Assembly: GCA_049324135.1 (NCBI GenBank)
Contig: JBMOMO010000146.1
Coordinates: forward strand, 28,322 to 92,321
Reading direction: 5' to 3'
DNA length: 64,000 nucleotides
Source: Chloroflexota bacterium
GTDB taxonomy: Bacteria; Chloroflexota; Anaerolineae; Anaerolineales; Villigracilaceae
In this document: piece by piece, positions 9,804 to 18,578 of the stretch
Layout: the number at the start of each line of letters is the position of its first letter
Position numbering within the stretch: position 1 is the stretch's first letter
The notes under the pieces: generated by a model
What the model was told of the DNA's origin: nothing
Seen by the model: the letters and a program-made list of their open reading frames with translations, nothing else
Databases searched by the model: none
Position numbers and translations under genes: made by a program

Positions 9804-10931
9804 ATGCTGCGCGACATCTCGTGGAGACATTTTGATTTCTGGTTGCTCGGCGCGATCGTGCTGGCGTCGGCCTTTGGCGTTGCCATGATTCGCTCCGCAA
9901 TTGCCGGGAACGAAGTCTTGCTTCCCCTTGTTGCTCGTCAGTTGTACTTTGCTTTATTAGGACTGGCTGTGATTTTTGTAGTTGGGGTGATCGATTATCG
10001 TTATTGGACCTCCCTGTATATTCCAATGTACATCGTGATGAGCGTGCTATTGTTTGCGCTTTTCTTGAGCGCCCAGGCGGTGTTTGGCGCGGCCAGGTGG
10101 TTTTCGATTGGCGTGTTGTTTTTGCAGCCTACTGAGTTTGCCAAGATCGTCATCATTTTGATCCTGGCGCGCTATTTCGAAAAAAGCAAGGATCGCCCTC
10201 GCGACCTGCGGTGGATTGCTTTCAGCCTGCTGTGGGTGTGGGGCCTTACGATTTGGATTTTGCTCCAACCAAATTTGAGCAATGTCGTTGTGATTACCGT
10301 GATTTGGTTTACCCTGGTATGGCTGAATGGATTGCAAGTGAAGCACCTGGTGGTTTTTGGCTCCATTGGCGTTGTCGCGCTTTCTATCGTCACGGGCATG
10401 ATCGTTGCTGGCCTGCGACTTCCTTTTTTGCAACAATACCAGCAAGATCGTATTGCGAATTTTCTTTTCCCCGATGAAACGGCTACGTTTGGCGCCACCT
10501 ATAATGTGCAACAGGCCCTTATTGCGATTGGTTCGGGCGGTTTATTCGGGAAAGGATATGGGCACGGATCGCAGACACAACTGCGTTTTTTGAAAGTGCG
10601 CCATACCGACTTCATCTTCTCTGCTGTTTCGGAAGAGTTTGGGATGATCGGTGGGTTTATCGTTGTCGCAGTGCTGGCTTTCATCATCTGGCGCTGCATC
10701 AGGGCTGCGCAGCGCGCCAGGGACGTTTCCGGTTCGGTCATTGCTTATGGCGTCGCTGTGTTGATATTTTTCCAGGGCGCGGTCAACATCGGCGTGAACA
10801 TGAATATCGTGCCGGTTTCCGGTCTGCCCCTGCCTTTTATCAGTTATGGGGGGAGCGGTCTTACCGCCCTGATGTTGGGCATTGGGCTGGTCGAAAGTGT
10901 CGCCTTGCGCCATAAATCGTTGGATTTTTAA
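9804..10931 (+). CDS. rodA: SEDS-family peptidoglycan polymerase (RodA/FtsW family; context favours RodA)
   Basis: ATG at 9804 (MLRDISWRHFDFWLLGAIVL...), 375 aa, about 10 TM helices. Motifs ...QPTEFAKI..., ...HTDFIFS... and PLPFISYGGS. The upstream 102 codons of the tracked ORF overlap minE and were dropped. Confidence 0.9.
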   Translation: MLRDISWRHFDFWLLGAIVLASAFGVAMIRSAIAGNEVLLPLVARQLYFALLGLAVIFVVGVIDYRYWTSLYIPMYIVMSVLLFALFLSAQAVFGAARWFSIGVLFLQPTEFAKIVIILILARYFEKSKDRPRDLRWIAFSLLWVWGLTIWILLQPNLSNVVVITVIWFTLVWLNGLQVKHLVVFGSIGVVALSIVTGMIVAGLRLPFLQQYQQDRIANFLFPDETATFGATYNVQQALIAIGSGGLFGKGYGHGSQTQLRFLKVRHTDFIFSAVSEEFGMIGGFIVVAVLAFIIWRCIRAAQRARDVSGSVIAYGVAVLIFFQGAVNIGVNMNIVPVSGLPLPFISYGGSGLTALMLGIGLVESVALRHKSLDF

Positions 10932-10943
10932 TTTTGGAGATTC

Positions 10944-12431
10944 ATGACAGAAACACTGAAACCCGCTCGCGTCCGCATGGCGCCGTCGCCGACCGGTCGC
11001 TTTCACCTCGGCTCGGCGCGCACTGCGCTGTACAACTACCTGCTGGCTCGCAAGACGGGCGGGCAATTCATCTTGCGCATCGAAGATACCGACCAGAAGC
11101 GCTTTGTCGAAGGCGCAGAACAGGAAATCTTCGACAGCCTGGACTGGCTGGGAATCACCCCCGACGAAGGTCCGCACGTGGGCGGCCCTTATGCCCCTTA
11201 CCGCCAGACCGAGCGACGCGAAATCTACCAGCAGCATGCCAATGAACTGGTGCAAAAAGGATTCGCCTTTCCCTGCTTTTGTACTGCCGAGCGCCTGGCC
11301 CAGGTGCGTCAGGAACAGCAGGCGCGCAAGGAAAAGACCCGCTACGATGGTACCTGCCGCAACCTTGCCCCTTCTGAAGCCGCCCGTCGCATTGCCGCAG
11401 GGGAGCCGTACGTCATTCGCTTCAAGATGCCCTATGATGGCTCCACTACGGCCCGCGATCACCTGCGCGGCGACATCGTGACCGAGAATCGTTACCTCGA
11501 CGACACCGTCCTGCTCAAGGCCGACGGCCTGCCCACCTACCACCTTGCCGCTATGCTGGACGATCACCTGATGGGCGTCACCCACGTCTTCCGCGGCTCA
11601 GAATGGCTCTCTACCTTCCCCCTGCACGTCCAGGTAGTGCGCGCCTTCGGTTGGGACGAGCCGGTCTGGGTGCATCTCTCCGTGTTTCTCAAGCCGAGCG
11701 GCAAAGGCAAAATGAGCAAGCGCGAAGCCGCCGACGCCCTCAAAGACGGGCGCTCCATCTTCATCAAGGACCTGCCCTCGTTGGGCTATACCCCTGAAGG
11801 CGTGCTGAACTGGATCGCCCTGATGGGCTGGGGCGTGGCCGAAGACGATGTGATGACCCTCGAAGAAATGGTCGAACGCTTCGACGTGGACAAGTTGACG
11901 CCCTCGCCTGCCGCCGTCAACTTCGATAAACTGGACCACTTCAATGGGACTCACATCCGCCTCCTGCCGACCGAGGACCTGGCAGCGCGAATCAAGCCTT
12001 TCTTCACCCGGGCCGGATTCCGTGTGGACGACCCCACGCTCCTGGCTATCACTCCCCTCATCCGGGAGCGGCTTGTCACCCTCGACGATTGCATTGCCTT
12101 CGGCGGCTTCTTCTTTCAGGAGGCCGTCGACCCCAATCCCGCCGAACTGGTCGCCAAGGGACTGGACGCCCATCAATCGGCTGACGTTGCCCGCAAAGCC
12201 TACGGCATCCTGGCGGGTCTGCCCGAACTCACCCACGCCGCCGCCGAGCCGCCCTTGAGGGAACTGGTGGACAGGCTGTCCCTCAAGCCGGGGCAGGTCT
12301 TTGGCATTTTGCGTGTAGCCATAACGGGGCAAACGGTCAGCCCGCCCTTATTCGAAAGCATGGAAGTGATTGGCAGGGAGAAAGTGCTGGCGCGCATCCA
12401 ACGCGCAATTGATCTGCTAGATGCCATGTAA
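10944..12431 (+). CDS. gltX: Glutamyl-tRNA synthetase
   Basis: 495 aa. Class-I motifs PSPTGRFHLGSART (HIGH-type) and GKGKMSKRE (KMSKS). GGAGA RBS 3 nt upstream of the ATG. Confidence 0.95.
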   Translation: MTETLKPARVRMAPSPTGRFHLGSARTALYNYLLARKTGGQFILRIEDTDQKRFVEGAEQEIFDSLDWLGITPDEGPHVGGPYAPYRQTERREIYQQHANELVQKGFAFPCFCTAERLAQVRQEQQARKEKTRYDGTCRNLAPSEAARRIAAGEPYVIRFKMPYDGSTTARDHLRGDIVTENRYLDDTVLLKADGLPTYHLAAMLDDHLMGVTHVFRGSEWLSTFPLHVQVVRAFGWDEPVWVHLSVFLKPSGKGKMSKREAADALKDGRSIFIKDLPSLGYTPEGVLNWIALMGWGVAEDDVMTLEEMVERFDVDKLTPSPAAVNFDKLDHFNGTHIRLLPTEDLAARIKPFFTRAGFRVDDPTLLAITPLIRERLVTLDDCIAFGGFFFQEAVDPNPAELVAKGLDAHQSADVARKAYGILAGLPELTHAAAEPPLRELVDRLSLKPGQVFGILRVAITGQTVSPPLFESMEVIGREKVLARIQRAIDLLDAM

Positions 12432-12436
12432 AAAAT

Positions 12437-12461
12437 GCCACGCACTTCGAAAGTGCGTGGC
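12437..12461. terminator. Bidirectional stem-loop between the convergent genes gltX and rtcB
   Basis: GCCACGCACTT-cga-AAGTGCGTGGC forms an 11-bp perfect stem. It is flanked by AAAAAA on the plus strand, which gives a U-run when read from the rtcB strand. Confidence 0.6.
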
Positions 12462-12507
12462 AAATGATTTGAAGGGTAAATTCGCGGATTCGAGAAAACG
12501 ACCGCAA

Positions 12508-13929
12508 TTACACATCCCCCGGCTCATCTGCCATGCGCACGATGCGCGGCATGAAGCGCCCCAGCACTTCCACCAGGTCGGCTTGCGCGGCGATGACCTC
12601 CTCGATGGGCTTGTAGGCCTGCGGCGACTCGTCCAGGCCGCCGCCCAGTAGCGTGACGCCGCGTTCGGCGAGATAAGCGTCCCGCGCCGACTTGCTGATC
12701 GAATTGATGGCTGCTTTGCGGCTCATCAACCGTCCCGCGCCGTGTGAAGCGGATTGGAGCGAGTCGGGATTGCCTTTGCCGCGCACCAGGTAACCCGCGT
12801 CGCCCATCGAGCCGGGGATGATACCCAGTGCGCCAACACCCGCCGGGGTCGCGCCTTTGCGGTGGACGATCACGTTTTGCCCATCCGGCAGGCTTTCTTC
12901 CCACGCAAAATTATGGTGGTTTTCCACTGCCGTCGCCTCCTTTAGCCCGACTGCCGCTGCCACCCGTTTGTGGATGACGTAGTGGTTGGCGGCCGCAAAA
13001 CGACCGGCCAACTGCATCGAGAGCCAATATTCCTGCCCGGCTTCGGAGGCGAGTGAAAGCCAGGCCAGGTGGCGCACGGCTTTATCCAGGTCAGGGTGCA
13101 ACTCCATTGCCAGTTTGCTGTAACGCTCGGCGATTTTGAAGCCCACACTGCGCGACCCGCTGTGCGAGAGCAGCGCTAGGTACTCGCCCGCTTTCAAATC
13201 CCCGAACGGTTCGTAGAGCCGGAACGCGCCCCACTCGACAAAGTGATTGCCCGTGCCGCTTGTACCGAGTTGTTTGAAAGCGTTGTCTTGCAGCGATTTG
13301 AGCAGGCGGGTGGATTCCCAGGCCGGGTCGTCCAGCACCTCGTGGTCGGCGCGGCGGCTGCCTTTCCATTCTGAACCCATGCCAAACGCGGTTTGCTCCC
13401 AGAGCGCATTCTCGAACAAGCCCTTTTTCTGCCCAAGCAGGTGCGGCGAGACCTCGAACAGCGTGAGCCGCATCCGGCAGGCAATGTCCACCCCCACCGC
13501 ATACGGGATGACCGTTTCCTCGGTCGCCAGCACGCCGCCGATGGGCAGGCCGTAGCCCAGGTGCGCGTCGGGCATGAGCGCGCCCGCCACGCTGACCGGC
13601 AACCGCATGGCGTTGTCCATTTGCGCCATCGACGCATCCTCCACGTTCTCGCGTCCCCACACGCGGAAGGGCAGCGGGCTTTTGCGCAGTTCTTCTGTTC
13701 CCGGCTCGTCTTTTTGCGCAATGCGGATACACTCCCGCGCCAGTTCCGCCAGCGCGGGATCGGCCAGGAACGCGCCCGGGTTCTGGCGGACAGCCTCCAG
13801 CCGCATCAAAACGGACTCGCGGTCTGATTCCGTTTCCGCGAGCTCTGCGGCAGCCAGTTTGGCCAGCCCGATGATCTTGCCGTCCGGCCAGCCCCGCAAT
13901 TTGAGAATTTTGCCGGTGATGATGTCCAT
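12508..13929 (-). CDS. rtcB: RNA-splicing ligase RtcB
   Basis: 473 aa. Motifs LMPDAHLGYG, GVDIACRM, LLSHSGSRSVG, ENHHNFAW and VHRKGATPAG. It has about 65 extra N-terminal residues compared with my memory of E. coli RtcB. Confidence 0.9.
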   Translation of the reverse strand: MDIITGKILKLRGWPDGKIIGLAKLAAAELAETESDRESVLMRLEAVRQNPGAFLADPALAELARECIRIAQKDEPGTEELRKSPLPFRVWGRENVEDASMAQMDNAMRLPVSVAGALMPDAHLGYGLPIGGVLATEETVIPYAVGVDIACRMRLTLFEVSPHLLGQKKGLFENALWEQTAFGMGSEWKGSRRADHEVLDDPAWESTRLLKSLQDNAFKQLGTSGTGNHFVEWGAFRLYEPFGDLKAGEYLALLSHSGSRSVGFKIAERYSKLAMELHPDLDKAVRHLAWLSLASEAGQEYWLSMQLAGRFAAANHYVIHKRVAAAVGLKEATAVENHHNFAWEESLPDGQNVIVHRKGATPAGVGALGIIPGSMGDAGYLVRGKGNPDSLQSASHGAGRLMSRKAAINSISKSARDAYLAERGVTLLGGGLDESPQAYKPIEEVIAAQADLVEVLGRFMPRIVRMADEPGDV

Positions 13930-13951
13930 GCTGGGTTACGAATTTTTTCGG

Positions 13952-14164
13952 CTACATTGCCGATGTGCTGGCTGGGATGCGTTGATAAATAAATTCTTCC
14001 ATGTTCCCAATCTGCTTGGCGTGTTCGATTGTCATACTGACAATCTTGCCCTCGCTGTCCAGGTCAAGGTAGATATTCTCGTTCAATGCGCGCGTTTCCA
14101 CAGGCTGATTGGCTGAAAACTCCATAAGCGTTGTGTCTGTATCTTCGAAATATTTGATTCTCAT
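13952..14164 (-). CDS. DUF2283-family small protein (putative antitoxin)
   Basis: 70 aa from the ATG at 14164: MRIKYFEDTDTTLMEFSANQPVETRALNENIYLDLDSEGKIVSMTIEHAKQ, the typical DUF2283 pattern. It lies 4 nt downstream of the DUF4258-like ORF. Confidence 0.7.
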   Translation of the reverse strand: MRIKYFEDTDTTLMEFSANQPVETRALNENIYLDLDSEGKIVSMTIEHAKQIGNMEEFIYQRIPASTSAM

Positions 14165-14168
14165 CGGC

Positions 14169-14417
14169 TCACTCCTTAAAATCACGGTCAAAGAAAGCGT
14201 TATGAACCGTTTCGCCGTCTTCCAGCAAGATCACTCGTAAAGCACGATTTCCCATTTCAGGGATTCGCGCCCATTTTCGTATTCGGCCATCCGATTGCGT
14301 TTCTTCTTGGAGGGGTTCTCGAACCACGTGCTCAATCCACTCATCCAAGATCATGCCCCGATCTGGCCGCTGCCGGGTGTATTGGAAATATTGTGTTGTT
14401 TTCAAGGATGTACCCAA
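14169..14417 (-). CDS. DUF4258-like small protein (putative toxin partner of DUF2283)
   Basis: C-terminal 61 aa: MILDEWIEHVVREPLQEETQSDGRIRKWARIPEMGNRALRVILLEDGETVHNAFFDRDFKE. The start is uncertain (TTG 14417 or 14405, or ATG 14354). The upstream part of the tracked ORF overlaps glnS and was dropped. Confidence 0.5.
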   Translation of the reverse strand: MGTSLKTTQYFQYTRQRPDRGMILDEWIEHVVREPLQEETQSDGRIRKWARIPEMGNRALRVILLEDGETVHNAFFDRDFKE

Positions 14418-14425
14418 ACTTGGTA

Positions 14426-16096
14426 CTATCCTTTTTTCTCGATCTTCGCCCAACTGTCCCTGAGATTGACCGTCAGGTTGAAGACCGGCTTTTCGGGCGT
14501 CGTGTCGGGGTCGGCGCAGAAATATCCCTGGCGTTCGAACTGGAAACGGTCGCCAGCCTCCGGCTTGGAAAGATGCGGTTCCACAAATCCACTTAGAATG
14601 GTGAGCGAGTCCGGGTTCAGGCATCCCAGGAATCCTTCTTCGCCTTCTTCCGGGTCTTCTTTGGTGAACAGGCGGTCGTACATGCGGAACTCGGCCAGGA
14701 CTGCGTGCGCCGCCGATACCCAGTGGATGGTGGACTTGACCTTGCGGCCATCCGGGGCGTCGCCGCCGCGCGTGGACGGGTCATAGGTAGCGTGGATTTC
14801 GAGGATCTGGCCGTGCGCGTCTTTGATTACGCCGGTGCATTTGATGAAATAGGCGTAGCGCAGGCGCACCTCGTTGCCGGGGTAGAGCCGATAGTATTTG
14901 GGCGGCGGCGTCTCGCGGAAGTCGTCCTGCTCGATGTATAGCACTTTCGAGAACGGGATTTTGCGCGATCCGGCGGCGGGGTCTTCGGGGTTGTTGACCG
15001 CCTCCATCTCCTCGACCAGGTCGTCGGGGTAGTTGTCGATGACCACTTTGAGCGGTTTGAGCACGGCCATGCGGCGCGGGGAGGTTTTGTTCAGGTCGTC
15101 GCGCACGCAGGCCTCCAGCAGCGACACGTCGCTGACGCTGTAGTTTTTGGCGACGCCCACGCGGCGGATGAAATCGTGGATGGCTGCGGCGGTGTAGCCG
15201 CGCCGGCGCATGGCGCGCAGGGTGGGCATGCGTGGATCGTCCCAGCCGCTGACGAGGCCTTCTTCCACCAGGCGGCGCAGTTTGCGCTTGCTCATCACGG
15301 TGTACGACAGGTTCAGGCGCGCAAACTCGATCTGGCGCGGTTCCCAGACGCCCAGTTTTTCGGGAAACCACTCGTACAGCGGGCGGTGGTTCTCGTATTC
15401 GAGCGAACACAGCGAGTGGGTAATGCCCTCCATCGAGTCGTTCTGTCCGTGCGCCCAGTCGTACATCGGGTAAATCTTCCACTTCGAGCCGGTGCGGTGG
15501 TGCGGCGGCTCGTGGATGATGCGGTACATGACCGGGTCGCGCATGTTGATGTTGGAATGCGCCATGTCGATCTTGGCGCGTAGCACGCGCGAACCGTCGG
15601 GGAACTCGCCATCCTTCATGCGCTCCAACAGGTCGAGATTTTCCTCCACGCTGCGGTCGCGGTAGGGCGAGTTCACGCCTGGCTCGGTCAGGGTGCCGCG
15701 CCGGGCGCTCACTTCCTCCGGCGACTGGTCGTCCACATAGGCCAGCCCCATCTTCACCAGTTTCACCGCCCAATCGTACAATTCGTCGAAATAGTCCGAC
15801 GCATACGTTACTTTGACCCACTCGATCCCCAGCCAGCGCGCGTCGTCCATGATGGCATCCACGAACTCGGTCTCTTCTTTGGTGGGGTTGGTGTCGTCGA
15901 AGCGCAGGATCAACTCGCCGTTGTTCTCCTTGGCGATCAGGTAATCGATCATAAACGCCTTGACATGCCCGATGTGCAGGTAGCCGTTCGGTTCGGGCGG
16001 CAGGCGCGTGCGGACGTAGTTGAAGCGCCCGCTGGCAAGGTCTTCCGCAACTGCCTCGCGGATAAAGTCGGTAGGTCTGGTTTCTTCTGGACTCAT
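14426..16096 (-). CDS. glnS: Glutaminyl-tRNA synthetase
   Basis: ATG at 16096 ([16 protein letters not shown]...), 556 aa. HIGH motif ([11 protein letters not shown]) and KMSKS variant (TVMSKRKL). The 100 upstream codons of the tracked ORF were dropped. Confidence 0.95.
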   Translation of the reverse strand: MSPEETRPTDFIREAVAEDLASGRFNYVRTRLPPEPNGYLHIGHVKAFMIDYLIAKENNGELILRFDDTNPTKEETEFVDAIMDDARWLGIEWVKVTYASDYFDELYDWAVKLVKMGLAYVDDQSPEEVSARRGTLTEPGVNSPYRDRSVEENLDLLERMKDGEFPDGSRVLRAKIDMAHSNINMRDPVMYRIIHEPPHHRTGSKWKIYPMYDWAHGQNDSMEGITHSLCSLEYENHRPLYEWFPEKLGVWEPRQIEFARLNLSYTVMSKRKLRRLVEEGLVSGWDDPRMPTLRAMRRRGYTAAAIHDFIRRVGVAKNYSVSDVSLLEACVRDDLNKTSPRRMAVLKPLKVVIDNYPDDLVEEMEAVNNPEDPAAGSRKIPFSKVLYIEQDDFRETPPPKYYRLYPGNEVRLRYAYFIKCTGVIKDAHGQILEIHATYDPSTRGGDAPDGRKVKSTIHWVSAAHAVLAEFRMYDRLFTKEDPEEGEEGFLGCLNPDSLTILSGFVEPHLSKPEAGDRFQFERQGYFCADPDTTPEKPVFNLTVNLRDSWAKIEKKG

Positions 16097-16257
16097 AAAG
16101 GATTCGCCTTCGTTTGGATTTGAGCGGATGACTCTCCGCTTCGTTTTCTGGACCGACAGCCTGCTCCCGTTCCAGGAACTTTTTCGCGCCTGTGAGAGTC
16201 TGAAGGCTGCCTGGGCTATTATAACTGCTTTATAATTTCCCCGTTGGTGACAAACCT

Positions 16258-16339
16258 GTAGCGCGGAATTCATTCCGCAACCAAATGGTGAGCATCGTGC
16301 AAAATCTTCGCAGTTGGCATCGTTTTCACAGCGCAATAC
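16258..16339 (+). repeat. 82-nt repeated upstream module, copy 1 (GTAG head, hairpins and a promoter-like box)
   Basis: 75 of 82 positions are identical, by manual alignment, to the reverse complement of 32914..32995. It begins GTAGC-GCGGAATTCATTCCGC, a perfect 16-nt palindrome. Confidence 0.85.
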
Positions 16340-16342
16340 GAT
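16314..16342 (+). promoter_or_regulatory. Sigma-70-like promoter inside the 82-nt module (TTGGCA-17-TACGAT)
   Basis: TTGGCA at 16314..16319, a 17-nt spacer, then TACGAT at 16337..16342. GGAGG and the ATG at 16365 follow. Confidence 0.4.
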
Positions 16343-16364
16343 GCTTCCCATTCTGGAGGAAAAA

Positions 16365-16694
16365 ATGACCGCATCGAAAACCGGCTTTGCAGGCACGTAC
16401 TTCGACCGCGACGCTATCCTGCGCCTGGCGCGCCTGGCCAGCCTGTTCGCCTGGATCGCCCTGGGCTACTACCTGCTCCAGGCCTTGCTCTCGCTGTTGA
16501 TCTTTGGGTTGCAGGTCGCCCGTGGGCTGCTCGTCCTGCCCGGCTACACAGACTACGCCCAGCATTTGCTGTGGCTCTTCCAGCCCTCCCTGCCGGGATT
16601 GTGGAATTTCATTGGCTTGCAGGCAGTTGGCAAAGTCCTGCTCATCTTCATGGATATGGAAGACAACACCCGCCGCATGGCGAGAGGAAAATGA
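16365..16694 (+). CDS. Hypothetical small membrane protein
   Basis: 109 aa from the ATG at 16365, with GGAGGA 5 nt upstream. Three hydrophobic helices. No family recognised. Confidence 0.55.
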   Translation: MTASKTGFAGTYFDRDAILRLARLASLFAWIALGYYLLQALLSLLIFGLQVARGLLVLPGYTDYAQHLLWLFQPSLPGLWNFIGLQAVGKVLLIFMDMEDNTRRMARGK

Positions 16695-16707
16695 GCGTCA
16701 TCGCGAT

Positions 16708-16736
16708 TTGACTTCGCTGGAATGGCATGGTAGAAT
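16708..16736 (+). promoter_or_regulatory. Sigma-70 promoter for tRNA-Gln (TTGACT-17-TAGAAT)
   Basis: TTGACT at 16708..16713, a 17-nt spacer, then TAGAAT at 16731..16736. The tRNA 5' end is 16 nt downstream. Confidence 0.6.
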
Positions 16737-16751
16737 ACTGCCCGCAAAAGG

Positions 16752-16822
16752 TGGGGGCTCGTCTAACGGCAGGACGGCTGACTCTGGATCAGTTAGTAGA
16801 GGTTCGAATCCTTTGCCCCCAG
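16752..16822 (+). tRNA. tRNA-Gln (anticodon CUG)
   Basis: Hand-folded cloverleaf. Acceptor stem TGGGGGC/GCCCCCA (U1:A72) with discriminator G. D-stem GTCT/GGAC. Anticodon stem GCTGA/TCAGT with loop CTCTGGA. T-arm AGAGG-TTCGAAT-CCTTT. CCA is not encoded. Confidence 0.9.
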
Positions 16823-16829
16823 CCTGCTT

Positions 16830-16865
16830 TTCAGGCCGCATCAGTGACAAACGATGCGGCCTGAA
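16830..16865 (+). terminator. Stem-loop after tRNA-Gln
   Basis: TTCAGGCCGCATC-agtgacaaac-GATGCGGCCTGAA forms a 13-bp perfect stem, followed by ATTTC. The U-tract is weak. Confidence 0.5.
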
Positions 16866-16965
16866 ATTTCAATCCTCACTCTATTTGCCACCCGGTTGTA
16901 CAGGCTTGGCTTGACAAAGGTGCCAATCTTGCACTGGTGCGACGGAAATTGGGCATCCTGTCCTG

Positions 16966-17518
16966 TCAGGGCTGGTATATTAGGGTTTCAGGTCGAAAGG
17001 CTGCCCAGGAAAACCAAAAATGATTGATGGAAACGAGCGAGGCTAATTGTTTTCCTGCCAGTTCACCATCTATCGCCTGCCCAAAAACATTCCAGACACT
17101 TCCGGTCTGTGTGTCAGTGTAGGTTTTACCATCGTAAGCAAAGTCAAGCACAACTCCATCCAGCAAACGAGAAAATGCAATAGCAGCGCCGACATCCCGC
17201 CCGCCAGCAACAGTCCTTGCGTCCAGCCCAGAGGCGGTGCCATCCATCCAGAGGATGACGACAGGTTGGCTTCCAACAGTATCATTGATGACATGCTTCT
17301 CACTTAAAATTTCATAAGGGTAGGCAACTGCTATACTGTCCAGGTCTAATGTGAGTACGCGCGCCATTGGGGGTAATTGTCCAGGCGTTGGGTTACCCTG
17401 GTAAAGAAAAGGCGATCGGTTGATATCATCATAACCTGCATAGGGGTTTCTACCATAATCACGGACAAAGCCAGTTTCTTGGGATAAGACTAGGCCGCCA
17501 GGGTGTTGTTTTTTGAAA
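16966..17518 (-). pseudogene. DUF3179 lipoprotein gene, C-terminal fragment (split by the IS30 insertion)
   Basis: ...KKQHPGGLVLSQETGFVRDYGRNPYAGYD...INHFWFSWAAFRPET is the DUF3179 C-terminal half. It joins in frame to 18579..19249 once the IS and one AAA copy are removed. Confidence 0.8.
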
Positions 17519-18578
17519 CTTGGATTCAAGTAGTAAGTGCAATCGGTGGATGACCAAAGAATACCTCAAAAGGGGTCAAGAAATCAAGGCATTTTCTTGG
17601 GCGGAGGTTGAGTTTATCCATAATCTTCAGTTCTTCTTCCGGCGAGACAATCTTCAAGTTGCGGTTTTTGGGAAGATACTGGCGTATCAGTCCGTTGGTG
17701 TTCTCGTTGGTACCTCGCTCCCAGGAAGAATAGGGATGTGCAAAGAAACAGTCTATATCTAAAGCATTTGCCACCGTCTCATGGCCTGCAAACTCTTTTC
17801 CGTTGTCAAAGGTGAGGGACTGGAGGCGGGCATCCCATTGGAGAAGGTCGATGATCGCTTCGGTGATCGGTTGGGTGTGTTTGCTTTGTAAGGTGCGCAA
17901 CAAGGTGAAACGGGACTTGCGCTCCGTGAGAGTCAGAGCTACGCCTTGGCGTTCTTGACCAACAATGAGATCAGCTTCCCAGTCACCAATCCGGGAACGC
18001 GCTTCTACAATCTGTGGACGTTCTTCAATACTCCTGCGATTGGGGATTTTGCCTCTGCGATCCCGTCCACCAGCGCGTTTCCGGTACTTTTTCGGGTGTC
18101 GTAGATGTTGCCAAAGCGTACCGCCCGCTTGTTTGTCGGCGTAGACATACTGGTAAATGCTTTCATGGCTGATCGAGATACCTTGTAGTTTCAAGCGTCC
18201 TGAGATTTGTTCTGGACTCCAGTCTTCTTGCAGTTGTTTTTCTACAAGTGACCACGTGGCTGGGGCAATTCGCTGTTGCGCTTTCCCTTGACGACGCAAC
18301 AAGGCTTTCTCATGCGCTTGTTTGGGACGATAGCCTCGCTCGCCTGTGTTGCGCTTCAACTCGCGTGAAATTGTCGAAGGACTCACTCCGGTAATCTCGG
18401 CTATTCTCTCTTGCTTCGCTTCCGTATCCAAAAGTGCTTTTATCTGGTATCTTTGCTCTCGGGTAAGCTGTGTGTATTTCATGAGTGCTCCTTTGACTTG
18501 GTCGTCTGAGAGCGCTTATCTTACACCAGCTTACCTCTTTTCCGACCTGCAAAGTTGCACTTACTACTTGAATCCAAG
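17519..18578 (-). mobile_element. IS30-family insertion sequence (1060 bp)
   Basis: Perfect 24-bp terminal inverted repeats: CTTGGATTCAAGTAGTAAGTGCAA at 17519..17542 and its reverse complement at 18555..18578. A 3-bp direct duplication AAA lies at 17516..17518 and 18579..18581. One transposase ORF, whose stop lies inside the inverted repeat. Confidence 0.9.
17526..18482 (-). CDS. IS30-family DDE transposase
   Basis: 318 aa. N-terminal HTH (ITGVSPSTISRELKRN) and DDE region GDWEADL...TFDNGKEF...WERGTNENTNGLIRQYLPK. Confidence 0.95.
   Translation of the reverse strand: MKYTQLTREQRYQIKALLDTEAKQERIAEITGVSPSTISRELKRNTGERGYRPKQAHEKALLRRQGKAQQRIAPATWSLVEKQLQEDWSPEQISGRLKLQGISISHESIYQYVYADKQAGGTLWQHLRHPKKYRKRAGGRDRRGKIPNRRSIEERPQIVEARSRIGDWEADLIVGQERQGVALTLTERKSRFTLLRTLQSKHTQPITEAIIDLLQWDARLQSLTFDNGKEFAGHETVANALDIDCFFAHPYSSWERGTNENTNGLIRQYLPKNRNLKIVSPEEELKIMDKLNLRPRKCLDFLTPFEVFFGHPPIALTT

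Noticed and set aside
3269-10931. The mreBCD-mrdA-minCDE-rodA cluster as something unusual
   Set aside because: This is a conventional cell-shape and division-site gene arrangement. All members have canonical motifs and I noticed nothing anomalous.
16097-16257. T-box or other riboswitch leader upstream of glnS
   Set aside because: I looked for a T-box consensus (AGGGTGGNACCGCG-like) and a specifier-loop architecture on the minus strand and found none. Only the repeat module at 16258..16339 on the opposite strand stands out.
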